DNA from: an uncultured Methanoregulaceae archaeon
Lineage (GTDB): Archaea; Halobacteriota; Methanomicrobia; Methanomicrobiales; Methanospirillaceae
Reading direction: 5' to 3'
NCBI GenBank assembly: GCA_963737635.1
Contig: CAVTTL010000001.1
Coordinates: forward strand, 1,376,001 to 1,440,000
DNA: 64,000 nucleotides
Positions 1 through 10,320 of this stretch are shown here, piece by piece; positions within the stretch are counted from its first letter, which is position 1; every line of letters starts with the position of its first letter. Under the pieces are notes generated by a model. It worked only from the letters and a program-made list of their open reading frames with translations. It was not told the origin of the DNA and made no database searches. The position numbers and the translations under genes were made by a program.

Positions 1-230
1 GTACCCATTGCGTAGAGGCACCGGTGCCGCTGCCGTTCGTCGCGGATCTCTGCCTGGAGCGTTTTATGCAGGGATGAAAAAGCTCCTGAAATTGAGAGGG
101 GACCCTTTCTGTCCATGGCGATCTTTTCCGGAAACTGCCGGATCAGGTGATGCTTTTTAGATCGTTTCTTTAAGTACTTATCTGAGAGGCAAGGGTATAT
201 TGTTTCCCGGCGAATTGTAGTACGAGGATT

Positions 231-827
231 ATGAAAAAATCTGAGAAAGTGAAAGGCAAGGAGAATGTGGCTGCACAAAAACAGCAGTATAAAACGGTGG
301 GAATCATTGCGGTTGTGGTAATCGTCGTCATTTGTGCCGCAGTGTATATCTTCGTCTCCACCCAGTCAGCTGGAGCGGCAGTCGGGGATACCGTTAGTGT
401 TACGTACACCGGGATGTTTGATAACAAGACGGTTTTCGACTCGAATGTAAATTCAACCCCGCTGACCTTCACGATTGGAGGTGGCCAGATGATTGCCGGT
501 TTTGATGCCGCTGTCCGGGGAATGAAAGTGAACGGGGAAAGGATTGTTACCATACCGGATGCCTATACCTATAACCCGCAGCTTGTTGCGATAGTCCCCC
601 TGAGCCAGTTTCCGGCAAATCAGACACTCACACCTGGAGAAAAAATGTACGAACGGTCACAGGACGGTAGTGCAAGGATTGTTACCATCGTCAATGTCAC
701 CTCCGCAGGAGTGGCCATAGATGCAAATAACCCGCTCGTGGGTCAGAACCTCACCTTTGATATTAAGCTCCTGAGTATTACGAAGGGAAGTACCCAAAGC
801 GCTGTGGCCGCGCTACCTACTTCCTGA
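231..827 (+). CDS. FKBP-type peptidyl-prolyl cis-trans isomerase (SlyD-like) with N-terminal membrane anchor
   Basis: GDTVSVTYTG..VFDS, PLTFTIGGGQMIAGFD, DANNPLVGQNLTFDIKL motifs; N-terminal hydrophobic segment. Confidence 0.9.
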   Translation: MKKSEKVKGKENVAAQKQQYKTVGIIAVVVIVVICAAVYIFVSTQSAGAAVGDTVSVTYTGMFDNKTVFDSNVNSTPLTFTIGGGQMIAGFDAAVRGMKVNGERIVTIPDAYTYNPQLVAIVPLSQFPANQTLTPGEKMYERSQDGSARIVTIVNVTSAGVAIDANNPLVGQNLTFDIKLLSITKGSTQSAVAALPTS

Positions 828-892
828 ACCTTTTTTAGAGCTTTTTCACACAGTACCGGAGATTGTTACTTCCGCGAATTTGCAAAAAACGA

Positions 893-964
893 TGGGCCCG
901 GCCGGATTCGAACCGGCGACCTCCGCCGTGTAAGGGCGACGTCATACCGCTAGACCACGAGCCC
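893..964 (-). tRNA. tRNA-Val(TAC), no intron, CCA not encoded
   Basis: Minus strand GGGCTCGTGGTCTAGCGGTATGACGTCGCCCTTACACGGCGGAGGTCGCCGGTTCGAATCCGGCCGGGCCCA folds as a cloverleaf with anticodon TAC and GTTCGAATC T-loop; TTTAAA box ~21-26 nt upstream. Confidence 0.97.
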
Positions 965-1074
965 GATAACCTACTTATGTCAGATTTAAACCTATTAAAA
1001 CCGTCTGTATATGTTCATGAAAATTGGCTTTGGCACATCCGATAATGTAACCGAACCGAAAAATTGTGGTGAAT

Positions 1075-1971
1075 TTATTCTTTCTTGAGTTTGATATCGA
1101 TGCCGTACTTTTCGGCATTTTTGTCAGCCATTGTCTGGATCGCAGCGATTTCGACGTCCTGTCGTTTTGGCTTGAACAGGTGGCGGAACCTCTTCTGGGT
1201 CTTGAGGTACTCCTCAACCGGTTTCCTGATTACTTTTTTGACCTTGGTCACTTTTCCCTCTACCATCTCATAGTTTACCCAGAGCCCGGTCTCGATAGCA
1301 AGCTTGGCGATCGCGAGCGTCTGTTCGCCTTCAAATCCCCAGCCGGTGCAGCAGGGTACGTGGATTTGCACATACGTCGGCCCGGTCGTATTGATCGCTT
1401 TCTCTATCTTCTGGACCAGATCGTTTGGATATGCAATTGATGCTGTCGCTACATAGGGTGAGCCGTGGGCTGCAAGGATCGCCGGCATGTCTTTTTTAGG
1501 CCGCTTGTTCCCAAACGACTGTGATCCGGCCGGGCTTGTGGTCGTGCTGGCATCGTAGGGAGTAGCCCCGGACCGCTGGATACCGGTGTTCATGTAGGCC
1601 TCATTATCGTAGCAGATGTAGGTGATATCGTGGCCGCGTTCAAACGCCCCGCTGATGCAGATCATCCCGATATCGAAGGTCGCCCCGTCGCCCGCCATTA
1701 CAATAACGTTCTCTTTTCTTCCCTGCTTTTTGAGTGCCGATTCAATACCGGAAGCGACCGCTGAAGCATTCTCGAAGAGCGAGTGGATCCACGGCACTTT
1801 CCATGCCGTTTCGGGATACGGAGTGGAGAATACTTCCATACAACCGGTCGAAGAGACCACGATCGTATCGGTGCCCGCAGCCTTGAGCATCAGCCGGGCC
1901 GCAAGAGCCGCCCCGCATCCCCCGCAGGCACGGTGCCCGCAGTCGAAGAGTTCACAGGATTTATCTGCCAT
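1075..1971 (-). CDS. porB: pyruvate:ferredoxin oxidoreductase beta subunit
   Basis: [12 protein letters not shown] motif GDG...DNEAYMNTG; last gene of por operon. Confidence 0.92.
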   Translation of the reverse strand: MADKSCELFDCGHRACGGCGAALAARLMLKAAGTDTIVVSSTGCMEVFSTPYPETAWKVPWIHSLFENASAVASGIESALKKQGRKENVIVMAGDGATFDIGMICISGAFERGHDITYICYDNEAYMNTGIQRSGATPYDASTTTSPAGSQSFGNKRPKKDMPAILAAHGSPYVATASIAYPNDLVQKIEKAINTTGPTYVQIHVPCCTGWGFEGEQTLAIAKLAIETGLWVNYEMVEGKVTKVKKVIRKPVEEYLKTQKRFRHLFKPKRQDVEIAAIQTMADKNAEKYGIDIKLKKE

Positions 1972-1973
1972 GA

Positions 1974-3128
1974 TCAGAGCACCTCTTTACGCAGGCCCAC
2001 AAAAATACCGCCCTGTCCCTTCCCGGCAAGGGTGACGACTTCCCGGATATCGTTCTTCCTCACATCCCTTCCGCCAAGACCGATGACGTAATCGTAGATA
2101 AGAACCCCGGACCCGTAGAGGGCGTCCTTGACTTCTAATGCGACCGCGCCTTTCGCGCCAAGGGAGATGTTTTTATCAAGCACCGCAACCCGTTGTGCGC
2201 CTGTCAGTGCCTTTGCCACTTCTTCTGAGGGGAACGGGCGGAACACCCGGATCTTTAACAGACCTACCTTCACCCCTTCGGCCCGCAGATCGTCAATCGT
2301 GTCTTTGATGGTGCCGCAGATCGACCCCATCGCGACGATCACGGTCTCTGCATCCTCGATCCGGTAACCCTCGACCATTGCGCTGTAGTCCCGGCCAAAC
2401 AGCTTCTTAAACTCTGCGCCGGCGGTCTGGATCACGGACTTTGCATCCTTGAGGGCCTTATCGGTCTCGTACCGGAATTCGAGGTAATAATCGGGAGTTG
2501 CATACATCCCGAAACTTATCGGATCGGCAGCGTCAAGCCGTTCCTTGGGGGCAAACTTCGGGAGATACGTGTCGGCATCTTCCTGCGAGATCATGTCCAC
2601 CGGCTCATAGGTATGGGAGAGGATGAACCCGTCAAAACAGACCATAGCCGGGAGCAGGACTGTCGGGTCCTCCGCCACCCGGTAGGCAATATAATGGAGA
2701 TCGGTTGCCTCCTGGTTATCTTCCGCATAAAACTGGAGCCAGCCGGAGTCGCGCAGAGCAATGGAGTCCTGCTGGTCGTTCCAGATGGAGAGCGGTGCCC
2801 CCAGTGCACGGTTGGCAATGGTCATGACAATGGGCAGGCGCATCCCGGCAACGTTGAAACAGACCTCGAACATCAGCGCAAGCCCCTGGGAGGTGGTCGC
2901 AGAGTAGGTCCTCGACCCCGCGGCACTAGCCCCAAGGCAGGCGGAGAGTGCGGAGAATTCGCTGTCGACTGTGAGGTAGTCGGCATCCAGTTTCCCGTTA
3001 GCCACCATATCAGCAAGCGCTTCGACGATATGTGTCTGGGGAGTGATCGGGTACGCGGAAACGACCTGCGGACGGCAGAGCCGCACGGCCTCGGCGACTG
3101 CGTGCGAGCCTTCGGTGATTTCAAGCAT
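1974..3128 (-). CDS. porA: pyruvate:ferredoxin oxidoreductase alpha subunit
   Basis: [21 protein letters not shown] motifs. Confidence 0.92.
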   Translation of the reverse strand: MLEITEGSHAVAEAVRLCRPQVVSAYPITPQTHIVEALADMVANGKLDADYLTVDSEFSALSACLGASAAGSRTYSATTSQGLALMFEVCFNVAGMRLPIVMTIANRALGAPLSIWNDQQDSIALRDSGWLQFYAEDNQEATDLHYIAYRVAEDPTVLLPAMVCFDGFILSHTYEPVDMISQEDADTYLPKFAPKERLDAADPISFGMYATPDYYLEFRYETDKALKDAKSVIQTAGAEFKKLFGRDYSAMVEGYRIEDAETVIVAMGSICGTIKDTIDDLRAEGVKVGLLKIRVFRPFPSEEVAKALTGAQRVAVLDKNISLGAKGAVALEVKDALYGSGVLIYDYVIGLGGRDVRKNDIREVVTLAGKGQGGIFVGLRKEVL

Positions 3129-3389
3129 CTACTTCTCCTCCTGTATCATGGTGATCGCTTTTTTCGGGCACTCCTCTGCGCACATGCCACAGCCCTTACA
3201 ATAGGCATAATCGGGGTCGAAGAAACCCTCGGCGTCTTCCGCGATGCATCCCTCGGGGCAGATGATCTGGCATGTACCGCACTTGGAGCACTTTTCATGA
3301 TCGAAGACCGGTTTGAAGACCCGCCATGACCCGGTCTTGTTGTCCCGCCCTTTTCCGGGACGGGCACGACACCCTACCGCGAGCGCCAT
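3129..3389 (-). CDS. porD: pyruvate:ferredoxin oxidoreductase delta subunit (2x[4Fe-4S])
   Basis: TGSWRVFKP plus two CxxCxxCxxxCP motifs. Confidence 0.92.
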   Translation of the reverse strand: MALAVGCRARPGKGRDNKTGSWRVFKPVFDHEKCSKCGTCQIICPEGCIAEDAEGFFDPDYAYCKGCGMCAEECPKKAITMIQEEK

Positions 3390-3934
3390 TATGCAGCCGC
3401 CCCCTTAACACTCTCGAACGCCTGGCGGGCGGCCTCGATATTCTTCTCTGCCAGTTCTTTTGGGAACCGGTGGAAGAGCGCATTTTTGAGCGCGTCAAAC
3501 TTGATCTCCCCGGTTGCGGCAGCAAATGCTCCCATGAGAGTGGTGTTTGTGATGGGAAGGCCGATCACCTTGAGGGCGACGGAGGTCGCATCGATGGTGA
3601 TCAGTTTAACGCCCTCGGGGATCTTGTAATCCGGTGCCTTCTCAGTATTGACAATAACGATCCCGCCCTTCTTTACCCCAGAAAAAACATTCACGTCTTT
3701 TATGAGCGTGCTATCCTGGACGATAATATAATCCGGCTCGTAGACCTGGCTCCGCAGCCGGATCTTCCGGTCATCGAACCGTACGAATGCCTGGACCGGA
3801 GCGCCGCGCCGTTCGACCCCGAACGCCGGAAACGCCTGTGAAAAAACGCCTCCTTCGAATGCAGCAACAGCAATGAGTTCCGCAGCGGTGACCGATCCCT
3901 GGCCCCCTCTGCCGTGGATACGTAGTTCTCTCAA
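3389..3934 (-). CDS. porC: pyruvate:ferredoxin oxidoreductase gamma subunit (TTG start)
   Basis: RIHGRGGQG, FGVERRGAP motifs. Confidence 0.92.
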   Translation of the reverse strand: MRELRIHGRGGQGSVTAAELIAVAAFEGGVFSQAFPAFGVERRGAPVQAFVRFDDRKIRLRSQVYEPDYIIVQDSTLIKDVNVFSGVKKGGIVIVNTEKAPDYKIPEGVKLITIDATSVALKVIGLPITNTTLMGAFAAATGEIKFDALKNALFHRFPKELAEKNIEAARQAFESVKGAAA

Positions 3935-4177
3935 AGGAAAAATCCCCCAGCAATGTTACTTGATAAATAACGAACCAGTTATGTAAAGTATCGTGACTTT
4001 ACACACGGTAGTTCATCCCACTCTACCTCAAGATTTTGCAGAGTACTATGGCCATTTATCATTATTAATTATGTTGATCTCTCTCTAAAACTGAAAGGGG
4101 GCTTTCATGCACAGCATCCTGCCCAAAACAGAGCGAGGAGCCCCCGTTACTCATCTTCAACTACCAGCACCCCCCAT

Positions 4178-4321
4178 TCATGTGTTATCCCCGGTATTTT
4201 TCAAACGGAAGATAAACTCAGTGCCTTTATCTGCCCGGACTTGGAGCTCCGCCAGGAGCTGGTGGCGGGTGAGGAAGTTCACCAGCTTGAGGCGGAACGA
4301 TTTTGTTTTTTCATTAACCAC
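4178..4321 (-). pseudogene. 47-codon remnant resembling the C-terminal end of a sensor histidine kinase ATPase domain
   Basis: Own translation VVNEKTKSFRLKLVNFLTRHQLLAELQVRADKGTEFIFRLKNTGDNT*; resembles the SLGLKLV...QL...GTEF.F.F tail of HisKA_2-type kinases. Confidence 0.5.
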
Positions 4322-4328
4322 TATACGT

Positions 4329-5207
4329 CTAAAGATCTACACCGAGACCAAGAATAGTCTCTGCCCCGGAAAAGACGTCGCGGGCAAGTCGTGCCAGACC
4401 CTGGGACGCACACCATTCATCGTACACGGCCACATCGGTGCCAAGGAGCGATTCCACTTCGGGGGCGATAAGAGGGGCAAGCGTACCGGCAAGCGCAACC
4501 CGCGCGCGTGGGTTGAGCAGCAGGAGGGCGGCGCACTCCATGGCCGAAAACATGGCGACGGTCCTTACGCGGAGAGTATCTTCGTCGGGAAGAGTATAGT
4601 CCACCCCGGCCCGCTGGAACGCCTCGTTTGCGGTGCATTTCCCCTCGTCGATCCGGCGGATGGCATCGACGTCGAGCGCACCATGCCGGGTGCCGGGGGC
4701 AAAGATGCAGGCGTCAAAAGCACCGATCAGTCGTCCTGCCGATACCAGAAGGGTCACGGTGTTGGAACTTGCATCGGAGACCACGACATCGTCACCCAGA
4801 TCGTTGCAGACCTCAAATGCGATCCCTATCTTCTCCGGGCTGGACTGGTGGGAGTAGACTTTGAACCGGGGATCGGTCGGGGAACCCCGGTGCAGGCCGG
4901 GAATGACAACGGCGGGAATACCGCTTTTTTTGATCTCGTCAAAGACCTTTGTTCCCCCGCCGATATGTTTGCCTGCCCCCTCGCGGCTGACAACTCCCCG
5001 GTTTGTTACCTTCTCAATCCGTGTGATCTTTGAGAAGTTGTCGCCCATCGAATACGACAGGGCGATGCCTTCGATCTCGTCAGGCGGGCAGAGACGGTCG
5101 AGGTCAGCACAGGTAAACCCGGTAGCCTCTTCACGCGACAGTTTGAACCGGTCTTTTTCTGATGCAAAACGTATGGCTGTCGTGCCGTGGTCAATCCCGA
5201 TGAACAT
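4329..5207 (-). CDS. methanogenesis marker protein 12 (UPF0285)
   Basis: True start at MFIGIDHGTT; YSMGD, GAGKHIGGGT, YSHQSSPEK motifs; the longer ORF-track start overlaps the divergent epimerase. Confidence 0.85.
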   Translation of the reverse strand: MFIGIDHGTTAIRFASEKDRFKLSREEATGFTCADLDRLCPPDEIEGIALSYSMGDNFSKITRIEKVTNRGVVSREGAGKHIGGGTKVFDEIKKSGIPAVVIPGLHRGSPTDPRFKVYSHQSSPEKIGIAFEVCNDLGDDVVVSDASSNTVTLLVSAGRLIGAFDACIFAPGTRHGALDVDAIRRIDEGKCTANEAFQRAGVDYTLPDEDTLRVRTVAMFSAMECAALLLLNPRARVALAGTLAPLIAPEVESLLGTDVAVYDEWCASQGLARLARDVFSGAETILGLGVDL

Positions 5208-5246
5208 AGCAGTAATCCTATAGCATGGGTTACATAATAGGTATTG

Positions 5247-6179
5247 ATGTTTGTCGTAGTGACCGGCGGCGCCGGTTTCATAGGCTCCCATCTGGTTGAC
5301 ACGCTCGTTGCAGAGGGCAACGAAGTGCTCGTCATCGATTCTCTCTGCGCCGGGCGCCGCGAGACGATCGCCCGGCATATCGACGATTACAAGGTCAGGT
5401 TTGTCCAGTTCGACCTGCTTGATGATGGCTGGCAGGAACACCTCGAAGGGGCAGACCGGCTTTTCCATCTTGCAGCGGATCCGGATGTCCGGCAGAGCGC
5501 GATCAGCCCAGACCCTACCATGCAGAATAATATCATGGCCACCTATCGGGTGCTCGAAGCGATGCGCCTGCACGCCGTCCCGGAACTGGTGTTCACCTCA
5601 ACCTCTACAGTCTATGGCGATGCAAAAGTCATCCCTACTCCGGAGGATTACGCTCCGATGCTTCCCATTTCAGTCTATGGGGCGAGCAAGCTTGCCTGCG
5701 AGGCGCTGATCTCTTCGTACTGCCACTCCTTTGGCATGAAATCATGGATATACCGGTTTGCAAATATCGTTGGCGAGCGCAGTGGTCATGGCGTAATCAC
5801 GGATTTTGTACGAAAACTCAAAGAAAACCCGGCAGAGCTTGAGATTCTCGGGGATGGGAAACAGGTCAAGTCCTACCTCGAAGTTCATGAATGTGTTGCC
5901 GCCATGCTCTTTGCGTTACGGTCGCGGGACACGGTCAACATCTTCAATATCGGCTCTGAGGACTGGATTGACGTACGGAGTATAGCGGAGATCGTGGCCG
6001 AGGAAATGCAGCTCCCTGATGTAAAATTCCGGTTTACGGGAGGCGAACGCGGCTGGGTGGGCGATGTGCCCCGGATGCAGTTATCCATTGATCGGATCAA
6101 AAGCCGGCGCTGGAAGCCTGAGCTCGGATCGCGGGAGAGTGTCAGGCTTGCGACACGCGATCTCCTCAAAGCGTTGTGA
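5247..6179 (+). CDS. NAD-dependent epimerase/dehydratase (UDP-glucose 4-epimerase-like)
   Basis: TGGAGFIGSH Rossmann motif, YGASK catalytic motif. Confidence 0.9.
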   Translation: MFVVVTGGAGFIGSHLVDTLVAEGNEVLVIDSLCAGRRETIARHIDDYKVRFVQFDLLDDGWQEHLEGADRLFHLAADPDVRQSAISPDPTMQNNIMATYRVLEAMRLHAVPELVFTSTSTVYGDAKVIPTPEDYAPMLPISVYGASKLACEALISSYCHSFGMKSWIYRFANIVGERSGHGVITDFVRKLKENPAELEILGDGKQVKSYLEVHECVAAMLFALRSRDTVNIFNIGSEDWIDVRSIAEIVAEEMQLPDVKFRFTGGERGWVGDVPRMQLSIDRIKSRRWKPELGSRESVRLATRDLLKAL

Positions 6180-6189
6180 AGGGGTTTTT

Positions 6190-7341
6190 ATGAAATGCAT
6201 CCTGATTCTCGGGGATGGCATGGCTGACGAGCCGATCCCGCATCTTGAAGGAAAAACCCCTCTTGAATATGCACAGACGCCGCACCTGGACCAGATGGTC
6301 CAGGAGGGCGCGTGTGGCATGCTCCGCACGATTCCTGAAGGTTTCGAGCCGGGAAGCGATATTGCGAATATGTCTATTCTCGGCTACGCCCCGGAGAAGT
6401 ATTATACCGGCAGGGGGCCGCTTGAGGCGCTGAGTATGGGAATCGATCTCGCACCTTCCGATGTCGCCTACCGGTGCAACATCGTGACGGTTAAAGATGA
6501 GATAATGGCAGATTTTTCCGCGGGCCATATCTCCAGTGCCGAAGGTGCCGCACTCCTTGCGGCGCTTGCCCCCCATGTGCCTGACGTTGTCGTAAAAGCC
6601 GGGGTCAGCTACCGCAACCTTCTGCTCGTTCCTCACGGTTCAGTGGCGGATTCGACGGCGCCGCACGATATCGTGGGGCAGTCAATCGCCGGGTACCTGC
6701 CCCGGAACGGGGATGCAGAGCTTCTCATTTCCTGTATGGAAACGAGCCGCAACGTGTTCAGGGGGCATCCGGTGAACGTGGCTCGGGTAAAGGCGGGCAA
6801 ACCCCCGGCGACGCAGATCTGGCCGTGGAGCGGAGGACGGCGCCCGGCATTTCCCCCGTTCTCCCAAAAATACCACCGTACCGGAGGCATGATATCGGCA
6901 GTCGATCTCCTCAACGGCCTCGCCCGGTGTGCAGGGATGGAAGTCATCACGGTCCCCGGCGCCACGGGATATTTCGATACGGATTACCTGGCAAAGGCCC
7001 GGTATGCTCTTGAGGCGATCAAGCATCTCGATTTTGTGTATGTCCATATCGAGGCCCCGGATGAGGCCGGGCACCTTGGCAGTATCGAGGAAAAAGTCCG
7101 GGCCATTGAGAACGTGGATAACGTCGTGGGCGCAATCCGGGAGGCATTTGACGGTATCGTCGCCGTCCTTCCGGATCACCCGACGCCGATCCGGATCAAG
7201 ACGCATTCCCGAGAACCGGTGCCCTTTGCGGTGACCGGGAAGGGTACTGACGGGTGTATGCGTTTCACTGAGAAAGAAGCACGGTCCGGGCTGTTTGGGA
7301 CAAAAGAAGCGACAGACTTCCTGTCGTTTTTATTTTCCTGA
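6190..7341 (+). CDS. apgM: cofactor-independent phosphoglycerate mutase (archaeal type)
   Basis: ILGDGMAD, PGSDIAN, DEAGH, DHPTP motifs; start at MKCILI. Confidence 0.9.
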   Translation: MKCILILGDGMADEPIPHLEGKTPLEYAQTPHLDQMVQEGACGMLRTIPEGFEPGSDIANMSILGYAPEKYYTGRGPLEALSMGIDLAPSDVAYRCNIVTVKDEIMADFSAGHISSAEGAALLAALAPHVPDVVVKAGVSYRNLLLVPHGSVADSTAPHDIVGQSIAGYLPRNGDAELLISCMETSRNVFRGHPVNVARVKAGKPPATQIWPWSGGRRPAFPPFSQKYHRTGGMISAVDLLNGLARCAGMEVITVPGATGYFDTDYLAKARYALEAIKHLDFVYVHIEAPDEAGHLGSIEEKVRAIENVDNVVGAIREAFDGIVAVLPDHPTPIRIKTHSREPVPFAVTGKGTDGCMRFTEKEARSGLFGTKEATDFLSFLFS

Positions 7342-7354
7342 ATTTTTGATGGAG

Positions 7355-7380
7355 TGTGGCATTAGTCCCCTGCAGCATCA
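7355..7380 (-). repeat. degenerate copy of the 3' half (C'-guide-D-stem) of the box C/D sRNA at 34936-34994
   Basis: tgtggcattagtcccctgcagcatca matches 34935-34960 tgtggcatcagtcccctgcatcatca at 24/26; the two mismatches fall in the D and C' boxes. Confidence 0.75.
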
Positions 7381-7502
7381 CCGTTTTACCCAAAAAAATG
7401 TTCATCGGGACACAAATATCCCATCGGTTTGACTTCCAAAAAAACCGCAGTTATGACAAGGTTTATGCAAAAATCTGCTCCATATAGCCACTGTTGGATT
7501 TC

Positions 7503-8024
7503 ATGAAAGCATTTGTTCTCTGCCCCGGTATCTGTATTCTCCTCCTGATCGCTGCTATAACGGTGGCAGGATGCATCTCAAACGAAAAATTACCGGGAAC
7601 TCCCCCGGCTGTGACAGAGATTTCCTCGACAATAACCGGGGAACCCTCTGCAAACACGACCTCATGCCCGATTCCCTCGTTATCTTTCAATGATACCCAG
7701 GAAAAAACAATAATACGGTACGGTTTCAGCCTGACAAACGCCAGCCCTGACTACCAGATACCCTATGGATCCATCATCTACCATGCACCAGACGGGACCA
7801 CGAGGGTTTTTGATCAGGATGGGAGACAGCTGCTTATTGCCAATGATTCTGACAGCATGTCCCCCACACCCGGTGGCTATAAACCTGCCACCCGGGTTCT
7901 TGGCACCCCGAACGGGGCTCTCATTATGGGTGGGGGAAACATGACCCACATATATCTTAACGGAACGTGCATCGCGACCGTTATAGATGCAACCGCTGCT
8001 CCCACGTCAGCAGATCACTCCTGA
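7503..8024 (+). CDS. putative lipoprotein / secreted hypothetical protein
   Basis: Hydrophobic signal ending in lipobox-like VAGC; Thr/Pro-rich linker. Confidence 0.7.
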   Translation: MKAFVLCPGICILLLIAAITVAGCISNEKLPGTPPAVTEISSTITGEPSANTTSCPIPSLSFNDTQEKTIIRYGFSLTNASPDYQIPYGSIIYHAPDGTTRVFDQDGRQLLIANDSDSMSPTPGGYKPATRVLGTPNGALIMGGGNMTHIYLNGTCIATVIDATAAPTSADHS

Positions 8025-8105
8025 TTTTACCACGGAGAATCTTAAAGAGGCTGTGGGGACAATACTGGATATCTCAACGAGAATACTGCACGAGGACTGT
8101 ATATC

Positions 8106-8822
8106 ATGAGCACAATACCCCCATTTAAGATCAAGCTCTATGCGGATGGTGCCGATCTCGACGGCATGATCGAGGAGTACAAAAAAGGGATCGCAAGCGG
8201 TTTTACGACCAACCCGACCCTTATGAAAAAAGCCGGGGTCAAAAGTTACGAAGATTTCGCAAAGGCTGCCCTCAAAGCGATTCCGGACCTCCCCATCTCA
8301 TTCGAAGTTTTTTCTGATGACCTGCCCGGGATGGAACGCGAAGCCCGGAAGATCGCTGGCTGGGGAAAGAACGTCTATATCAAGATCCCGGTGACCAACA
8401 CCAAAGGCGAAAGCACAGCACCGCTCGTGAAAAAACTCTCCCACGACGGTTTGAAACTGAATGTTACCGCTATCCTGACCCTCGACCAGGTAAAGACCGT
8501 GGCAAAGGCCCTTTCCCCGGATACTCCGAGCATCGTTTCGGTGTTTGCCGGTCGTATCGCGGATACCGGAAGAGACCCGATGCCGATCATGAAAGATGCC
8601 GTGAAGATCCTCAAGCCCTTGCCGAAAACTGAACTGCTCTGGGCAAGCACCCGCGAGCTGCTGAACCTCATCCAGACTGAGTCCTGCGGCTGTCACATCA
8701 TCACGATCACGAATGATATCTTAAAGAAGGTCCCGCAGGTGGGTAAAGATCTCAGCCAGTTGTCACTCGAGACCGTGCAGATGTTTTACTCCGATGCGCA
8801 GAGTGCCGGATATAAAATTTAA
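8106..8822 (+). CDS. short transaldolase (Tal/FSA family)
   Basis: GFTTNPTLM, YIKIP, NVTA, SVFAGRIADTG, LLWASTRE motifs. Confidence 0.9.
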   Translation: MSTIPPFKIKLYADGADLDGMIEEYKKGIASGFTTNPTLMKKAGVKSYEDFAKAALKAIPDLPISFEVFSDDLPGMEREARKIAGWGKNVYIKIPVTNTKGESTAPLVKKLSHDGLKLNVTAILTLDQVKTVAKALSPDTPSIVSVFAGRIADTGRDPMPIMKDAVKILKPLPKTELLWASTRELLNLIQTESCGCHIITITNDILKKVPQVGKDLSQLSLETVQMFYSDAQSAGYKI

Positions 8823-8933
8823 TTGAAAACTTGAAACTTTTTTAAGGAATACATTGGATGACGTTGATCTTGTAGATGGTTTATGTGCTGATTTAATTCG
8901 CATGGTCTTTGACACATAAACCCAAGTAAGAAT

Positions 8934-9826
8934 TTAGGACAAATGGATTTCACTATTTTTAAAACTCGCCAATCTCTGTCTAGCTAGATTCAAGTACTGG
9001 TGCAATCTTACATCAACAAACATCATTACCATTGACAATGCTACCACATACATCAAATAAATGGGGATGCCTGCCGTTCTTCCGATTGGTAATAGAGGGA
9101 ATTGTACTAAAAAAACATAAAAACTGAGTTCCCCGAAATACGAGATAATTCCTGTTTTATCTATGTATTTTGGATACCACGATTGTTTAACGATAAAGAT
9201 GCCCAAGCCGAAATAAAAAAGATCATCTAATGGAAACCAAAATACACCCATAGCATCCAGAATTCCAGTAAGAATGTGTGTATTTATATAATATGTTGAA
9301 CATGCACTAATAACAAAAAGGCATGCCAATGTCACGTATGGGTTACTATTAATTGCACGGCTAAGGAACGGGTAAATGAGATAATATAAAACGAAGATCC
9401 CTATGCACCACCCGGCATTATTTAATGGCCCTCCCAGTTTCCGTTTCCCGTGAAAGCATTAAACCCGGAAAACTGCCAGAATAAATTCCCAAGGTTAGTG
9501 TTGTTAGAATATAGAAGTAACATTGCTCCCAATAAAAGACTCATCCAATATGCAGGAAAAATTCGCAACAACCTACGGATTTCAAAACGGATGTACGATA
9601 TACTTGAATCTATATGTGATTTATTTAGTTCCAATACCGCTCCACTGACGAATAAAAATATCTGAACCCCGATAATTCCCATCCCAAGATAAACTAATTC
9701 GCCAAGCCAAATGTCGGGCCCATCGCGAACGCCGAAGATATTAATATAGATATGACACGCAACTACGAGGCATATTGCCAAAATACGCAGAAAATCAAAA
9801 AAAATTAATCTTGGTTTAGATGACAT
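8934..9826 (-). CDS. acyltransferase 3 (OafA-like) membrane protein, split by a 1-nt frameshift near 9433
   Basis: FFDFLR..., FLFVSG, RRLLRIFPAYW; adding one G gives continuous WGGPLNNAGWCIGIFVLYYLIYPF, matching the paralog at 25561 (WGGPINPILWFIGLIVALYLLYPF). Confidence 0.8.
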
Positions 9827-10320
9827 GATATCTTCAAAATTTTCACAAGCACAAGAAAATGCTGCGCAATCGCAAACTGGTAGAATTTAATCTATATGTT
9901 GTCCAGAACATAATACTAATTGGTTGATATTTCTCCAGACCTCTCTCACACTTCAAAATAACTCGAAATAATGTTTTACGGCACTATAGAAAAAGGTAGC
10001 GTACTCGAAGTGCCATAAATGTGAATTGGAAGTAATGATGAATACAGGGTATCCTCACTTTTTACAGCACATCGTATGCGCCACTCTTATACTAAGGCGG
10101 ACTTCCTTTAAGGGCTATTTACCATCTGCGTTCGTTGATTCATATGTACTTCGAAAAAGTTCTGGTTGGTTCTGCGTGTGATATCCCGAAAACATTTCTA
10201 CCTTCACTCTACCAAAGAATACTCGAAAAGTGCCACCGCATTTTCTTTCTATAATGCTTGATTCCTCGAATGGTATGCATCTACAAAACCATATAATTAC
10301 TAATTTCCATAAACACGATC

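Noticed and set aside
1-230. Gene at the left window edge
   Set aside because: Only very short frames; nothing recognisable.
863-1045. 60-aa ORF WARPDSNRRPPPCKG
   Set aside because: Antisense translation of tRNA-Val.
4078-4102. ORB-like string ctctctaaaactgaaaggggg
   Set aside because: Single weak match, about 39 kb from cdc6 and not repeated locally.
4107-5033. 308-aa plus-strand ORF and other long antisense ORFs (e.g. 2613-3329, 51286-52059, 61061-61996)
   Set aside because: Shadows of well-supported opposite-strand genes, with no recognisable motifs.
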